Positions 1 through 16,900 of a stretch of DNA of 64,000 nucleotides are shown here, in pieces (position 1 is the first letter of the stretch; each line of letters opens with the position of its first letter). The DNA comes from Eledone cirrhosa. Taxonomy: Eukaryota. Both the position numbers and the translations under genes were made by a program. The notes below the pieces were generated by a model. It did not search any database. It worked only from the letters and a program-made list of their open reading frames with translations, and was not told the DNA's origin. The stretch spans positions 46,934,001 to 46,998,000 of the forward strand of contig OZ024751.1 of assembly GCA_964016885.1 (NCBI GenBank), written 5' to 3'.

Positions 1-91
1 TATATTATATATATATACACACATACGTATATATATGTACTATATATATACTATGCATATACGTGTATGTATATATATATATATATATTAT

Positions 92-852
<761 letters not shown>

Positions 853-1499
853 CACGTATGTGTGTATTTGTAATGAAATAAAGCAGCAAAGGTGAAGTTT
901 AATTCCTTACAATAGTTTCTTTAGCTATACTTGCTCTAATGTCTCTCATATAATATGACATGTGACTCAGACCATATTTACTTCTTCAGAGAAATGAAAC
1001 AAATAGTTTCCATTAAAGCAACGAGGGTCTTTATTAAAACAATCACGACGTTTTGACACACACAGTTAAAGGGAACGCTGCACTTTAAATAATACAAAAA
1101 AAAAGAAAGTAAATTGTATCTATATAAAAGAAGTAATATACAAGAAAAGGGGGAAAAAACTACAATAAAAGCGTATAAACCTGATTTTAAGGGACAAAAG
1201 GTTATTATAGTGGACTAGTGGAAATTTTATAGCTTGTTATAAGCAGGTGTAACAGTTGTAACGTTCAAGTTACCAATTGTCATGGTTTGCTTTCTCCCAC
1301 ACCATCTCGGTATACGTAACCTTTGAACTTCCATTCCACGTTTCCCATCATAGATCGGAGGCCCATTGCCAGTTGTTATAGCGTTGGGTGGAGATTGCAT
1401 ATGTATTTTTCGAAAGGCCCCTCTACCTAAGGCTTGAATGCATTCCTTGTTATCCCAGGTGAAGGACTATGTGTATCTGCGAGAGGCTGAGGTCACAAA

Positions 1500-1930
1500 A
1501 ACAATTAAATTAAAAAGCTTAAATGAGGCAAGGCCGCTGGGGAGGATGAAATTCGGTCTGAGATGTTAAAAGCCTTTGGCTGGCTCATATGTACCGAGAT
1601 TTACACATTCTATCGACGACACAGTAAAACATTTATGAGCAGCTAGTTAGGCCTACCACGATCTATAATTAATATTTCGGGACGAGAACACATCTCCAGC
1701 CTAGTGATCCTGCAATGCATAAATATGAATATTGTAGAGTCTTTCTTGGTGAAGTTACAGCTACGTTTGATTGGATAAGTAATTCGTATGAAGAACGCTA
1801 GGATCCTAAACACTATACTCTATTGCTCTATAGTGAGCTGAAATGGGGAAAACCGTCAAAAGAAGGTTTAGAACTCCGTTATAAGGATATCATGAAACAC
1901 TACCACAATAAAGCGGGTAGCCTGGTTACG
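1500..1930 (+). pseudogene. Decayed RTE-like LINE ORF fragments
   Basis: Disrupted translations GKAAGEDEIRSEMLKA (~1527-1575), QLRLIG*VIRM (~1758-1790) and LRYKDIMK (~1874-1897) match motifs flanking the RTE reverse transcriptase. Confidence 0.55.
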
Positions 1931-1989
1931 ACTACATGGGAGAAACCGTGACCGACTGCAGAATATGGACGAGAATTGTAAAATATACA

Positions 1990-2048
1990 TGCATATACAC
2001 AAATATACACACATTCACACACACAAACAAACACACACACACACACAA

Positions 2049-2109
<61 letters not shown>

Positions 2110-4030
2110 CATACACAGATAAACACATACACATGTACACACATACACATATACGCAGATATACACAGATATACACATACACACATATACACATATACAC
2201 ATATACACACATACACAGGCACAGACATACACAGGTAAACACACATACACATGTACACACACATACACATGTACACATATACACAGATACACACATATAC
2301 GTAGATACACGCATACCCATATACACACATACACATGTACACAGACACACACATACGCATACACATTTACACACACATACACATGTACACATATACACAA
2401 ATACACACATATACGCAGATACACGCATACCCATATACACACATACACATGTACACAGACACACACATACGCATACACATGTACACACATACACATGTAC
2501 ACATATACACAGATACACACATATACGCAGATACACGCATACCCATATACACACATACACATGTACACACACATACACATACCCATATACACACATACAC
2601 ATGTATACAGACGCACACATACACATACACATGTACACACAGACACATACAGACAGACACACATACACATACCCATATACACACATACACATGTATACAG
2701 ACGCACACATACACATACACATGTACACACAGACACATACAGACAGACACACATACACATACCCATATACACACATACACATGTATACAGACACACACAT
2801 ACACATACACATGTACACACAGACACATAGACAGACACACATACACATACCCATATACACACATACACATGTATACAGACGCACACATACACATACACAT
2901 GTACACACAGACACATACAGACAGACACACATACACATACCCATATACACACATACACATGTATACAGACGCACAGATACACATACACATGTACACACAG
3001 ACACATACAGACAGACACACATACACATACCCATATACACACATACACATGTATACAGACGCACACATGCACATACACATGTACACACAGACACATACAG
3101 ACAGACACACATACACATACCCATATACACACATACACATGTATACAGACACACACATACACATACACATGTACACACAGACACATACAGACAGACACAC
3201 ATACACATACCCATATACACACATACACATGTATACAGACACACACATACACATACACATGTACACACAGACACATACAGACAGACACACATACACATAC
3301 CCATATACACACATACACATGTATACAGACGCACACATACACATACACATGTACACACAGACACATACAGACAGACACACATACACATACCCATATACAC
3401 ACATACACATGTATACAGACGCACACATACACATACACATGTACACACAGACACATACAGACAGACACACATACACATACCCATATACACACATACACAT
3501 GTATACAGACACACACATACACATACACATGTACACACATACACATGTACACACATACACATGTACACATATACACAGATACACACATATACACAGATAC
3601 ACGCATACCCATATACACACATACACATGTATACAGACACATACCCATATACACACATACACATGTATACAGACGCACACATACACATACACATGTACAC
3701 ACAGACACATACAGACAGACACACATACACATACCCATATACACACATACACATGTATACAGACACACACATACACATACACATGTACACACAGACACAT
3801 ACAGACAGACACACATACACATACCCATATACACACATACACATGTATACAGACACATACCCATATACACACATACACATGTATACAGACGCACACATAC
3901 ACATACACATGTACACACATATACACATGTACACATATACACAGATACACACATATACACAGATACACGCATACCCATATACACACATACACATACACAT
4001 GTACACACAGACACATACAGACAGGCACAC
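1990..4030. repeat. CA-rich compound minisatellite with a 90-bp core unit
   Basis: acccatatacacacatacacatgtatacagac recurs every 90 bp (2581, 2671, 2761; 2-bp shift at ~2828; continues to ~3530); overlapping ORFs are low-complexity artefacts. Confidence 0.9.
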
Positions 4031-4204
4031 AGAGCAATAGAGAGAAATACCTTAAGATTGAAGTCTATAATAACAGGTTCTAGAACAATAGATGTCGTAG
4101 TGGGTGGTCGTCTCCAGGACGGGCGGCGGCGTGGACAGCTTGCCTGCATAGTCTTATTGTCTGCACCGTACAGCTTACACAACTTCATAATAATGGTTCC
4201 TTAT

Positions 4205-4470
4205 ATAGGCACAAGGCCAGCAAATTTTTTTTTTTTTGGGGGGGGGGGTCGATTAAATCGACCCCAGTGCGTGACTGGTACTTTATTTTAGCGACCACCC
4301 TACACAGCTTCATAATAATAATAGTAATAATAATTGTTTCTGATTTAGGCACAAGGCCAGCAATTTGAAGGGATGGGGAAAGTCGATTAAATTGACCCCC
4401 AGTGCATTAATGGTGTTTTATTTTATCGACCCCGTAAGGATGAAAGGCGGGATTTTAACTCAGAACATAA
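4205..4470 (-). mobile_element. Two partial copies of tRNA-derived SINE family A
   Basis: ggcacaaggccagcaatt...ttttatcgaccccgtaaggatgaaaggc shared with copies at 31104, 44385, 52085, 54938, 55135 and 63532. Confidence 0.8.
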
Positions 4471-4472
4471 AA

Positions 4473-4690
4473 AGGAACGATCGACATTCGTCAAATCGGA
4501 CCGACGAAACAATGTTTCCATTGGTCTTTCCAGTTGCTAATACTATCTATCGGTCGCAACTCCAGGTAGAAGGAGCAACGTGAAATAAAGTGTCTTGCTC
4601 AAGGACATAACGCATTACCCGGTCCAGGAATCGAACTCACAACCTCACGATTGCGAATCCAATTCTCTAACCACTCAGCTATACGCCTTC
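4473..4690 (-). mobile_element. tRNA-derived SINE family B
   Basis: Reverse strand shows A-box (agctgagtggttagag), B-box (gagttcgattcc) and tccttgagcaagacacttt central motif; partial copy at 40407-40542. Confidence 0.8.
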
Positions 4691-4906
4691 AGAACACAGA
4701 GGGCCGTAACTATATGCTGTAAAGCATGTTGTCCGAGGCTCCAATAAAATAAGTTCATCAACGAGCCTTCGCTCTTTCATGGAACTGTAGACTCAACCCA
4801 TTGGCACAACCATATCTGAAGATATTACAGAATACAGTTGGCACTGTTTGTGAGGTAGATCTTTCTTTGGCTCTTTCTCTCTTTTATTGACCAAAAGCCA
4901 CTGGCT

Positions 4907-7900
4907 CAACCAGAACCACAGATATTAGGGAATATAGTTAGCTCTGCCTTACTCTCTGTCATAGGGACCCTATCACAACCACAGATATTACAGAATATAG
5001 TTAGCTCTGCCTTACTCTCTGTCATAGGGACCCTATCACAACCACAGATATTACAGAATATAGTTAGCACTGCTTTACTCTCTGTCATAGGGACCCTATC
5101 ACAACCACAGATATTACAGAATATAGTTAGCTCTGCCTTACTCTCTGTCATAGGGACCCTATCACAACCACAGATATTACAGAATATAGTTAGCACTGCT
5201 TTACTCTCTGTCATAGGGACCCTATCACAACCACAGATATTATAGAATATAGTTAGCACTGCCTTACTCTCTGTCATAGGGACCCTATCACAACCACAGA
5301 TATTAGGGAATATAGTTAGCACTGCCTTACTCTCTGTCATAGGGACCCTATCACAACCACAGATATTAGGGAATATAGTTAGCACTGCCTTTCTCTCTGT
5401 TATAGGGACCCTATCACAACCACAGATATTACACAATATAATTAGCACTGCCTTCCTCTCTGTCATAGGGACCCTATCACAACCACAGATATTACAGAAT
5501 ATAGTTAGCTCTGCCTTTCTCTCTGACATAGGGACCCTATCACAACCACAGATATTAGAGAATATAATTAGCACTGCCTTTCTCTCTGTCATAGGGACCC
5601 TATCACAACCACAGATATTACAGAATATAGTTAGCACTGCCTTACTCTCTGTCATAGGGACCCTATCACAACCACAGATATTAGGGAATATAGTTAGCAC
5701 TGCCTTACTCTCTGTCATAGGGACCCTATCACAACCACAGATATTAGGGAATATAGTTAGCACTGCCTTTCTCTCTGTTATAGGGACCCTATCACAACCA
5801 CAGATATTACACAATATAATTAGCACTGCCTTCCTCTCTGTCATAGGGACCCTATCACAACCACAGATATTACAGAATATAGTTAGCTCTGCCTTTCTCT
5901 CTGACATAGGGACCCTATCACAACCACAGATATTAGAGAATATAATTAGCACTGCCTTTCTCTCTGTCATAGGGACCCTATCACAACCACAGATATTACA
6001 GAATATAGTTAGCACTGCCTTACTCTCTGTCATAGGGACCCTATCACAACCACAGATATTAGAGAATATAGTTAACACTGCCTTACTCTCTGTCATAGGG
6101 ACCCTATCACAACCACAGATATTAGAGAATATAGTTAGCACTGCCTTACTCTCTGTCATAGGGACCCTATCACAACCACAGATATTACAGAATATAGTTA
6201 GCACTGCCTTTCTCTCTGTCATAGGGACCCTATCACAACCACAGATATTAGAGAATATAGTTAGCACTGCCTTTCTCTCTGTCATAGGGACCCAATCACA
6301 ACCACAGATATTACAGAATATAGTTAGCACTGCCTTACTCTCTGTCATAGGGACCCTATCACAACCACAGATATTAGAGAATATAGTTAGCACTGCCTTA
6401 CTCTCTGTCATAGGGACCCTATCACAACCACAGATATTAGAGAATATAGTTAGCACTGCCTTTCTCTCTGTCATAGGGACCCTATCACAACCACAGATAT
6501 TAGAGAATATAGTTAGCACTGCCTTACTCTCTGTCATAGGGACCCTATCACAACCACAGATATTAGACAATATAGTTAGCTCTGCCTTTCTCTCTGTCAT
6601 AGGGACCCTATCACAACCACAGATATTAGAGAATATAGTTAGCTCTGCCTTACTCTCTGTCATAGGGACCCTATCACAACCACAGATATTACAGAATATA
6701 GTTAGCTCTGCCTTACTCTCTGTCATAGGGACCCTATCACAACCACAGATATTAGAGAATATAGTTAGCTCTGCCTTTCTCTCTGTCATAGGGACCCTAT
6801 CACAACCACAGATATTAGAGAATATAGTTAGCTCTGCCTTACTCTCTGTCATAGGGACCCTATCACAACCACAGATATTACAGAATATAGTTAGCTCTGC
6901 CTTTCTCTCTGTCATAGGGACTCTATCACAACCACAGATATTAGAGAATATAGTTAGCTCTGTCTTTCTCTCTGTCATAGGGACCCTATCACAACCACAG
7001 ATATTAGAGAATATAATTAGCACTGCCTTACTCTCTGTCATAGGGACCCTATCACAACCACAGATATTACAGAATATAGTTAGCTCTGCCTTTCTCTCTG
7101 TCATAGGGACCCTATCACAACCACAGATATTACAGAATATAGTTAGCACTGCCTGTCTCTCTGTCATAAGGACCCAATCACAACCACAGATATTACAGAA
7201 TATAGTTAGCACTGCCTTACTCTCTGTCATAGGGACCCTATCACAACCACAGATATTAGAGAATATAGTTAGCACTGCCTTACTCTCTGTCATAGGGACC
7301 CTATCACAACCACAGATATTAGAGAATATAGTTAGCACTGCCTTTCTCTCTGTCATAGGGACCCTATCACAACCACAGATATTAGAGAATATAGTTAGCA
7401 CTGCCTTACTCTCTGTCATAGGGACCCTATCACAACCACAGATATTAGAGAATATAGTTAGCTCTGCCTTTCTCTCTGTCATAGGGACCCTATCACAACC
7501 GCAGATATTAGAGAATATAGTTAGCTCTGCCTTACTCTCTGTCATAGGGACCCTATCACAACCACAGATATTACAGAATATAGTTAGCTCTGCCTTACTC
7601 TCTGTCATAGGGACCCTATCACAACCACAGATATTACAGAATATAGTTAGCTCTGCCTTTCTCTCTGTCATAGGGACCCTATCACAACCACAGATATTAG
7701 AGAATATAGTTAGCTCTGCCTTACTCTCTGTCATAGGGACCCTATCACAACCACAGATATTACAGAATATAGTTAGCTCTGCCTTTCTCTCTGTCATAGG
7801 GACTCTATCACAACCACAGATATTAGAGAATATAGTTAGCTCTGTCTTTCTCTCTGTCATAGGGACCCTATCACAACCACAGATATTAGAGAATATAATT

Positions 7901-10900
7901 AGCACTGCCTTACTCTCTGTCATAGGGACCCTATCACAACCACAGATATTACAGAATATAGTTAGCTCTGCCTTTCTCTCTGTCATAGGGACCCTATCAC
8001 AACCACAGATATTACAGAATATAGTTAGCACTGCCTGTCTCTCTGTCATAGGGACCCTATCACAACCACAGATATTACAGAATATAGTTAGCTCTGCCTT
8101 TCTCTCTGTCATAGGGACCCTATCACAACCACAGATATTACAGAATATAGTTAGCTCTGCCTTTCTCTCTGTCATAGGGACCCTATCACAACCACAGATA
8201 TTACAGAATATAGTTAGCACTGCCTTTCTCTCTGTCATAGGGACCCTATCACAACCACAGATATTACAGAATATAGTTAGCACTGCCTGTCTCTCTGTCA
8301 TAGGGACCCTATCACAACCACAGATATTACAGAATATAGTTAGCTCTGCCTTTCTCTCTGTCATAGGGACCCTATCACAACCACAGATATTACAGAATAT
8401 AGTTAGCACTGCCTGTCTCTCTGTCATAGGGACCCTATCACAACCACAGATATTACAGAATATAGTTAGCTCTGCCTTTTTCTCTGTCATAGGGACCCTA
8501 TCACAACCACAGATATTACAGAATATAGTTAGCACTGCCTGTCTCTCTGTCATAGGGACCCTATCACAACCACAGATATTACAGAATATAGTTAGCTCTG
8601 CCTTACTCTCTGTCATAGGGACCCTATCACAACCACAGATATTAGAGAATATAGTTAGCACTGCCTTACTCTCTGTCATAGGGACCCTATCACAACCACA
8701 GATATTACACAATATAGTTAGCACTGCCTTTCTCTCTGTCATAGGGACACTATCACAACCACAGATATTAGAGAATATAGTTAGCTCTGTCTTTCTCTGT
8801 CATAGGGACCCTATCACAACCACAGATATTACAGATTATAGTTAGCTCTGCCTTTCTCTCTGTCATAGGGACCCTATCACAACCACAGATATTAGGGAAT
8901 ATAGATAGCACTGCCTTACTCTCTGTCATAGGGACCCTATCACAACCACAGATATTACAGAATATAGTTAGCACTGCCTTACTCTCTGTCATAGAGACCC
9001 TATCACAACCACAGATATTACAGAATATAGTTAGCACTGCCTTTCTCTCTGTCATAGGGACCCTATCACAACCACAGATATTACAGAATATAGTTAGCAC
9101 TGTCTTTCTCTCTGTCATAGGGACCCTATCACAACCACAGATATTACAGAATATAGTTAGCTCTGTCTTTCTATCTGTCATAGGGACCCTATCACAACCA
9201 CAGATATTACAGAATATAGTTAGCACTGCCTTACTCTCTGTCATAGGGACCCTATCACAACCACAGATATTACAGAATATAGTTAGCACTGCCTTACTCT
9301 CTGTCATAGGGACCCTATCACAACCACAGATATTACAGAATATAGTTAGCACTGCTTTACTCTCTGTCATAGGGACCCTATCACAACCACAGATATTACA
9401 GAATATAGTTAGCACTGCCTTACTCTCTGTCATAGGGACCCTATCACAACCACAGATATTACAGAATATAGTTAGCACTGCCTTACTCTCTGTCATAGGG
9501 ACCCTATCACAACCACAGATATTACAGAATATAGTTAGCACTGCCTTACTCTCTGTCATAGGGACCCTATCACAACCACAGATATTACAGAATATAGTTA
9601 GCACTGCTTTACTCTCTGTCATAGGGACCCTATCACAACCACAGATATTACAGAATATAGTTAGCACTGCCTTACTCTCTGTCATAGGGACCCTATCACA
9701 ACCACAGATATTACAGAATATAGTTAGCACTGCTTTACTCTCTGTCATAGGGACCCTATCACAACCACAGATATTACAGAATATAGTTAGCACTGCCTTT
9801 CTCTCTGTCATAGGGACCCTATCACAACCACAGATATTACAGAATATAGTTAGCTCTGTCTTTCTATCTGCCATAGGGACCCTATCACAACCACAGATAT
9901 TACAGAATATAGTTAGCACTGTCTTTCTCTCTGTGATAGGGACCCTATCACAACCACAGATATTACAGAATATAATTAGCACTGCCTTACTCTCTGTCAT
10001 AGGGACCCTATCACAACCACAGATATTACAGAATATAGTTAGCACTGCCTTACTCTCTGTCATAGGGACCCTATCACAACCACAGATATTAGGGAATATA
10101 ATTAGCACTGTCTTTCTCTCTGTCATAGGGACCCTATCACAACCACAGATATTACAGAATATAGTTAGCACTGCCTTTCTCTCTGTCATAGGGACCCTAT
10201 CACAACCACAGATATTACAGAATATAGTTAGCACTGTCTTTCTCTCTGTCATAGGGACCCTACCACAACCACAGATATTACAGAATATAGTTAGCACTAC
10301 CTTACTCTCTGTCATAGGGACCCTATCACAACCACAGATATTACAGAATATAGTTAGCACTGTCTTTCTCTCTGTCATAGGGACCCTACCACAACCACAG
10401 ATATTACAGAATATAGTTAGCACTGCCTTACTCTCTGTCATAGGGACCCTACCACAACCACAGATATTACAGAATATAGTTAGCACTGCCTTACTCTCTG
10501 TCATAGGGACCCTACCACAACCACAGATATTACAGAATATAGTTAGCACTGCCTTACTCTCTGCCATAGGGACCCTATCACATCCACAGATATTACAGAA
10601 TATAGTTAGCACTGCCTTACTCTCTGCCATAGGGACCCTATCACAACCACAGATATTACAGAATATAGTTAGCACTGCCTTTCTCTCTGTCATAGGGACC
10701 CTATCACAACCACAGATATTACAGAATATATTTAGCTCTGCCTTTCTCTCTGTCATAGGGACCCTATCACAACCACAGATATTAGAGAATATAATTAGCA
10801 CTGCCTTACTCTCTGTCATAGGGACCCTATCACAACCACAGATATTACAGAATATAGTTAGCTCTGCCTTTCTCTCTGTCATAGGGACCCTATCACAACC

Positions 10901-13900
10901 ACAGATATTACAGAATATAGTTAGCACTGCCTGTCTCTCTGTCATAGGGACCCTATCACAACCACAGATATTACAGAATATAGTTAGCTCTGCCTTTCTC
11001 TCTGTCATAGGGACCCTATCACAACCACAGATATTACAGAATATAGTTAGCTCTGCCTTTCTCTCTGTCATAGGGACCCTATCACAACCACAGATATTAC
11101 AGAATATAGTTAGCACTGCCTTTCTCTCTGTCATAGGGACCCTATCACAACCACAGATATTACAGAATATAGTTAGCACTGCCTGTCTCTCTGTCATAGG
11201 GACCCTATCACAACCACAGATATTACAGAATATAGTTAGCTCTGCCTTTCTCTCTGTCATAGGGACCCTATCACAACCACAGATATTACAGAATATAGTT
11301 AGCACTGCCTGTCTCTCTGTCATAGGGACCCTATCACAACCACAGATATTACAGAATATAGTTAGCTCTGCCTTTCTCTCTGTCATAGGGACCCTATCAC
11401 AACCACAGATATTACAGAATATAGTTAGCACTGCCTGTCTCTCTGTCATAGGGACCCTATCACAACCACAGATATTACAGAATATAGTTAGCTCTGCCTT
11501 ACTCTCTGTCACAGGGACCCTATCACAACCACAGATATTAGAGAATATAGTTAGCACTGCCTTACTCTCTGTCATAGGGACCCTATCACAACCACAGATA
11601 TTACACAATATAGTTAGCACTGCCTTTCTCTCTGTCATAGGGACACTATCACAACCACAGATATTAGAGAATATAGTTAGCTCTGTCTTTCTCTGTCATA
11701 GGGACCCTATCACAACCACAGATATTATAGAATATAGTTAGCTCTGCCTTTCTCTCTGTCATAGGGACCCTATCACAACCACAGATATTAGGGAATATAG
11801 ATAGCACTGCCTTACTCTCTGTCATAGGGACCCTATCACAACCACAGATATTACAGAATATAGTTAGCACTGCCTTACTCTCTGTCATAGAGACCCTATC
11901 ACAACCACAGATATTACAGAATATAGTTAGCACTGCCTTTCTCTCTGTCATAGGGACCCTATCACAACCACAAATATTACAGAATATAGTTAGCACTGTC
12001 TTTCTCTCTGTCATAGGGACCCTATCACAACCACAGATATTACAGAATATAGTTAGCACTGCCTTTCTCTCTGTCATAGGGACCCTATCACAACCACAGA
12101 TATTACAGAATATAGTTAGCTCTGCCTTTCTCTCTGTCATAGGGACCCTATCACAACCACAGATATTACAGAATATAGTTAGCACTGCCTTTCTCTCTGT
12201 CATAGGGACCCTATCACAACCACAGATATTACAGAATATAGTTAGCTCTGCCTTTCTCTCTGTCATAGGGACCCTATCACAACCACAGATATTACAGAAT
12301 ATAGTTAGCTCTGCCTTTCTCTCTGTCATAGGGACCCTATCACAACCACAGATATTACAGAATATAGTTAGCACTGTCTTTCTCTCTGTCATAGGGACCC
12401 TATCACAACCACAGATATTACAGAATATAGTTAGCACTGCCTTTCTCTCTGTCATAGGGACCCTATCACAACCACAGATATTACAGAATATAGTTAGCTC
12501 TGTCTTTCTATCTGTCATAGGGACCCTATCACAACCACAGATATTACAGAATATAGTTAGCACTGCCTTACTCTCTGTCATAGGGACCCTATCACAACCA
12601 CAGATATTACAGAATATAGTTAGCACTGCCTTACTCTCTGTCATAGGGACCCTATCACAACCACAGATATTACAGAATATAGTTAGCACTGCTTTACTCT
12701 CTGTCATAGGGACCCTATCACAACCACAGATATTACAGAATATAGTTAGCACTGCCTTACTCTCTGTCATAGGGACCCTATCACAACCACAGATATTACA
12801 GAATATAGTTAGCACTGCCTTACTCTCTGTCATAGGGACCCTATCACAACCACAGATATTACAGAATATAGTTAGCACTGCCTTACTCTCTGTCATAGGG
12901 ACCCTATCACAACCACAGATATTACAGAATATAGTTAGCACTGCTTTACTCTCTGTCATAGGGACCCTATCACAACCACAGATATTACAGAATATAGTTA
13001 GCACTGCCTTACTCTCTGTCATAGGGACCCTATCACAACCACAGATATTACAGAATATAGTTAGCACTGCTTTACTCTCTGTCATAGGGACCCTATCACA
13101 ACCACAGATATTACAGAATATAGTTAGCACTGCCTTTCTCTCTGTCATAGGGACCCTATCACAACCACAGATATTATAGAATATAGTTAGCTCTGTCTTT
13201 CTATCTGCCATAGGGACCCTATCACAACCACAGATATTACAGAATATAGTTAGCACTGTCTTTCTCTCTGTGATAGGGACCCTATCACAACCACAGATAT
13301 TACAGAATATAATTAGCACTGCCTTACTCTCTGTCATAGGGACCCTATCACAACCACAGATATTACAGAATATAGTTAGCTCTGCCTTTCTCTCTGTCAT
13401 AGGGACCCTATCACAACCACAGATATTAGGGAATATAGATAGCACTGCCTTACTCTCTGTCATAGGGACCCTATCACAACCACAGATATTACAGAATATA
13501 GTTAGCACTGCCTTACTCTCTGTCATAGAGACCCTATCACAACCACAGATATTACAGAATATAGTTAGCACTGCCTTTCTCTCTGTCATAGGGAGCTATC
13601 ACAACCACAGATATTACAGAATATAGTTAGCACTGTCTTTCTCTCTGTCATAGGGACCCTATCACAACCACAGATATTACAGAATATAGTTAGCTCTGTC
13701 TTTCTATCTGTCATAGGGACCCTATCACAACCACAGATATTACAGAATATAGTTAGCACTGCCTTACTCTCTGTCATAGGGACCCTATCACAACCACAGA
13801 TATTACAGAATATAGTTAGCACTGCCTTACTCTCTGTCATAGGGACCCTATCACAACCACAGATATTACAGAATATAGTTAGCACTGCTTTACTCTCTGT

Positions 13901-16900
13901 CATAGGGACCCTATCACAACCACAGATATTACAGAATATAGTTAGCACTGCCTTACTCTCTGTCATAGGGACCCTATCACAACCACAGATATTACAGAAT
14001 ATAGTTAGCACTGCCTTACTCTCTGTCATAGGGACCCTATCACAACCACAGATATTACAGAATATAGTTAGCACTGCCTTACTCTCTGTCATAGGGACCC
14101 TATCACAACCACAGATATTACAGAATATAGTTAGCACTGCTTTACTCTCTGTCATAGGGACCCTATCACAACCACAGATATTACAGAATATAGTTAGCAC
14201 TGCCTTACTCTCTGTCATAGGGACCCTATCACAACCACAGATATTACAGAATATAGTTAGCACTGCTTTACTCTCTGTCATAGGGACCCTATCACAACCA
14301 CAGATATTACAGAATATAGTTAGCACTGCCTTTCTCTCTGTCATAGGGACCCTATGACAACCACAGATATTACAGAATATAGTTAGCTCTGTCTTTCTAT
14401 CTGCCATAGGGACCCTATCACAACCACAGATATTACAGAATATAGTTAGCACTGTCTTTCTCTCTGTGATAGGGACCCTATCACAACCACAGATATTACA
14501 GAATATAATTAGCACTGCCTTACTCTCTGTCATAGGGACCCTATCACAACCACAGATATTACAGAATATAGTTAGCACTGCCTTACTCTCTGTCATAGGG
14601 ACCCTATCACAACCACAGATATTAGGGAATATAATTAGCACTGTCTTTCTCTCTGTCATAGGGACCCTATCACAACCACAGATATTACAGAATATAGTTA
14701 GCACTGCCTTTCTCTCTGTCATAGGGACCCTATCACAACCACAGATATTACAGAATATAGTTAGCACTGTCTTTCTCTCTGTCATAGGGACCCTACCACA
14801 ACCACAGATATTACAGAATATAGTTAGCACTGCCTTACTCTCTGTCATAGGGACCCTATCACAACCACAGATATTACAGAATATAGTTAGCACTGTCTTT
14901 CTCTCTGTCATAGGGACCCTACCACAACCACAGATATTACAGAATATAGTTAGCACTGCCTTACTCTCTGTCATAGGGACCCTACCACAACCACAGATAT
15001 TACAGAATATAGTTAGCACTGCCTTACTCTCTGTCATAGGGACCCTACCACAACCACAGATATTACAGAATATAGCTAGCACTGCCTTACTCTCTGTCAT
15101 AGGGACCCTACCACAACCACAGATATTACAGAATATAGTTAGCACTGCATTACTCTCTGTCATAGGGACCCTACCACAACCACAGATATTACAGAATATT
15201 GTTAGCACTGCCTTACTCTCTGTCATATGGACCCTACCACAACCACAGATATTACAGAATATAGTTAGCACTGCCTTACTCTCTGTCATAGGGACACTAT
15301 CACAAACACAGATATTACAGAATATAGTTAGCTCTGCCTTTCTCTCTGTCATAGGGACCCTATCACAATCACAGATATTAGGGAATATAGTTAGCACTGC
15401 CTTACTCTCTGCCATAGGGACCCTATCACATCCACAGATATTACAGAATATAGTTAGCACTGCCTTACTCTCTGCCATAGGGACCCTATCACAACCACAG
15501 ATATTACAGAATATAGTTAGCACTGCCTTTCTCTCTGTCATAGGGACCCTATCACAACCACAGATATTACAGAATATATTTAGCTCTGCCTTTCTCTCTG
15601 CCATAGGGACCCTATCACAACCACAGATATTACAGAATATAGTTAGCTCTGTCTTTCTCTCTGTCATAGGGACCCTATCACAACCACAGATATTAGAGAA
15701 TATAATTAGCACTGCCTTACTCTCTGTCATAGGGACCCTATCACAACCACAGATATTACAGAATATAGTTAGCTCTGCCTTTCTCTCTGTCATAGGGACC
15801 CTATCACAACCACAGATATTACAGAATATAGTTAGCACTGCCTGTCTCTCTGTCATAGGGACCCTATCACAAACACAGATATTACAGAATATAGTTAGCT
15901 CTGCCTTTCTCTCTGTCATAGGGACCCTATCACAACCACAGATATTACAGAATATAGTTAGCTCTGCCTTTCTCTCTGTCATAGGGACCCTATCACAACC
16001 ACAGATATTACAGAATATAGTTAGCACTGCCTTTCTCTCTGTCATAGGGACCCTATCACAACCACAGATATTACAGAATATAGTTAGCACTGCCTGTCTC
16101 TCTGTCATAGGGACCCTATCACAACCACAGATATTATAGAATATAGTTAGCTCTGCCTTTCTCTCTGTCATAGGGACCCTATCACAACCACAGATATTAG
16201 GGAATATAGATAGCACTGCCTTACTCTCTGTCATAGGGACCCTATCACAACCACAGATATTACAGAATATAGTTAGCACTGCCTTACTCTCTGTCATAGA
16301 GACCCTATCACAACCACAGATATTACAGAATATAGTTAGCACTGCCTTTCTCTCTGTCATAGGGACCCTATCACAACCACAGATATTACAGAATATAGTT
16401 AGCACTGTCTTTCTCTCTGTCATAGGGACCCTATCACAACCACAGATATTACAGAATATAGTTAGCACTGCCTTTCTCTCTGTCATAGGGACCCTATCAC
16501 AACCACAGATATTACAGAATATAGTTAGCTCTGCCTTTCTCTCTGTCATAGGGACCCTATCACAACCACAGATATTACAGAATATAGTTAGCACTGCCTT
16601 TCTCTCTGTCATAGGGACCCTATCACAACCACAGATATTACAGAATATAGTTAGCTCTGCCTTTCTCTCTGTCATAGGGACCCTATCACAACCACAGATA
16701 TTACAGAATATAGTTAGCTCTGCCTTTCTCTCTGTCATAGGGACCCTATCACAACCACAGATATTACAGAATATAGTTAGCACTGTCTTTCTCTCTGTCA
16801 TAGGGACCCTATCACAACCACAGATATTACAGAATATAGTTAGCACTGCCTTTCTCTCTGTCATAGGGACCCTATCACAACCACAGATATTACAGAATAT

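Noticed and set aside
1900-4291. Long Cys/Val or His/Thr ORFs
   Set aside because: Translations of CA/TG minisatellite
4590-4690. tRNA gene
   Set aside because: A/B boxes belong to a SINE head; no convincing cloverleaf
9931-9951. Resemblance of CCCTATCA/TGATAGGG to tet operator half-sites
   Set aside because: Half-sites are in the opposite arrangement; coincidence
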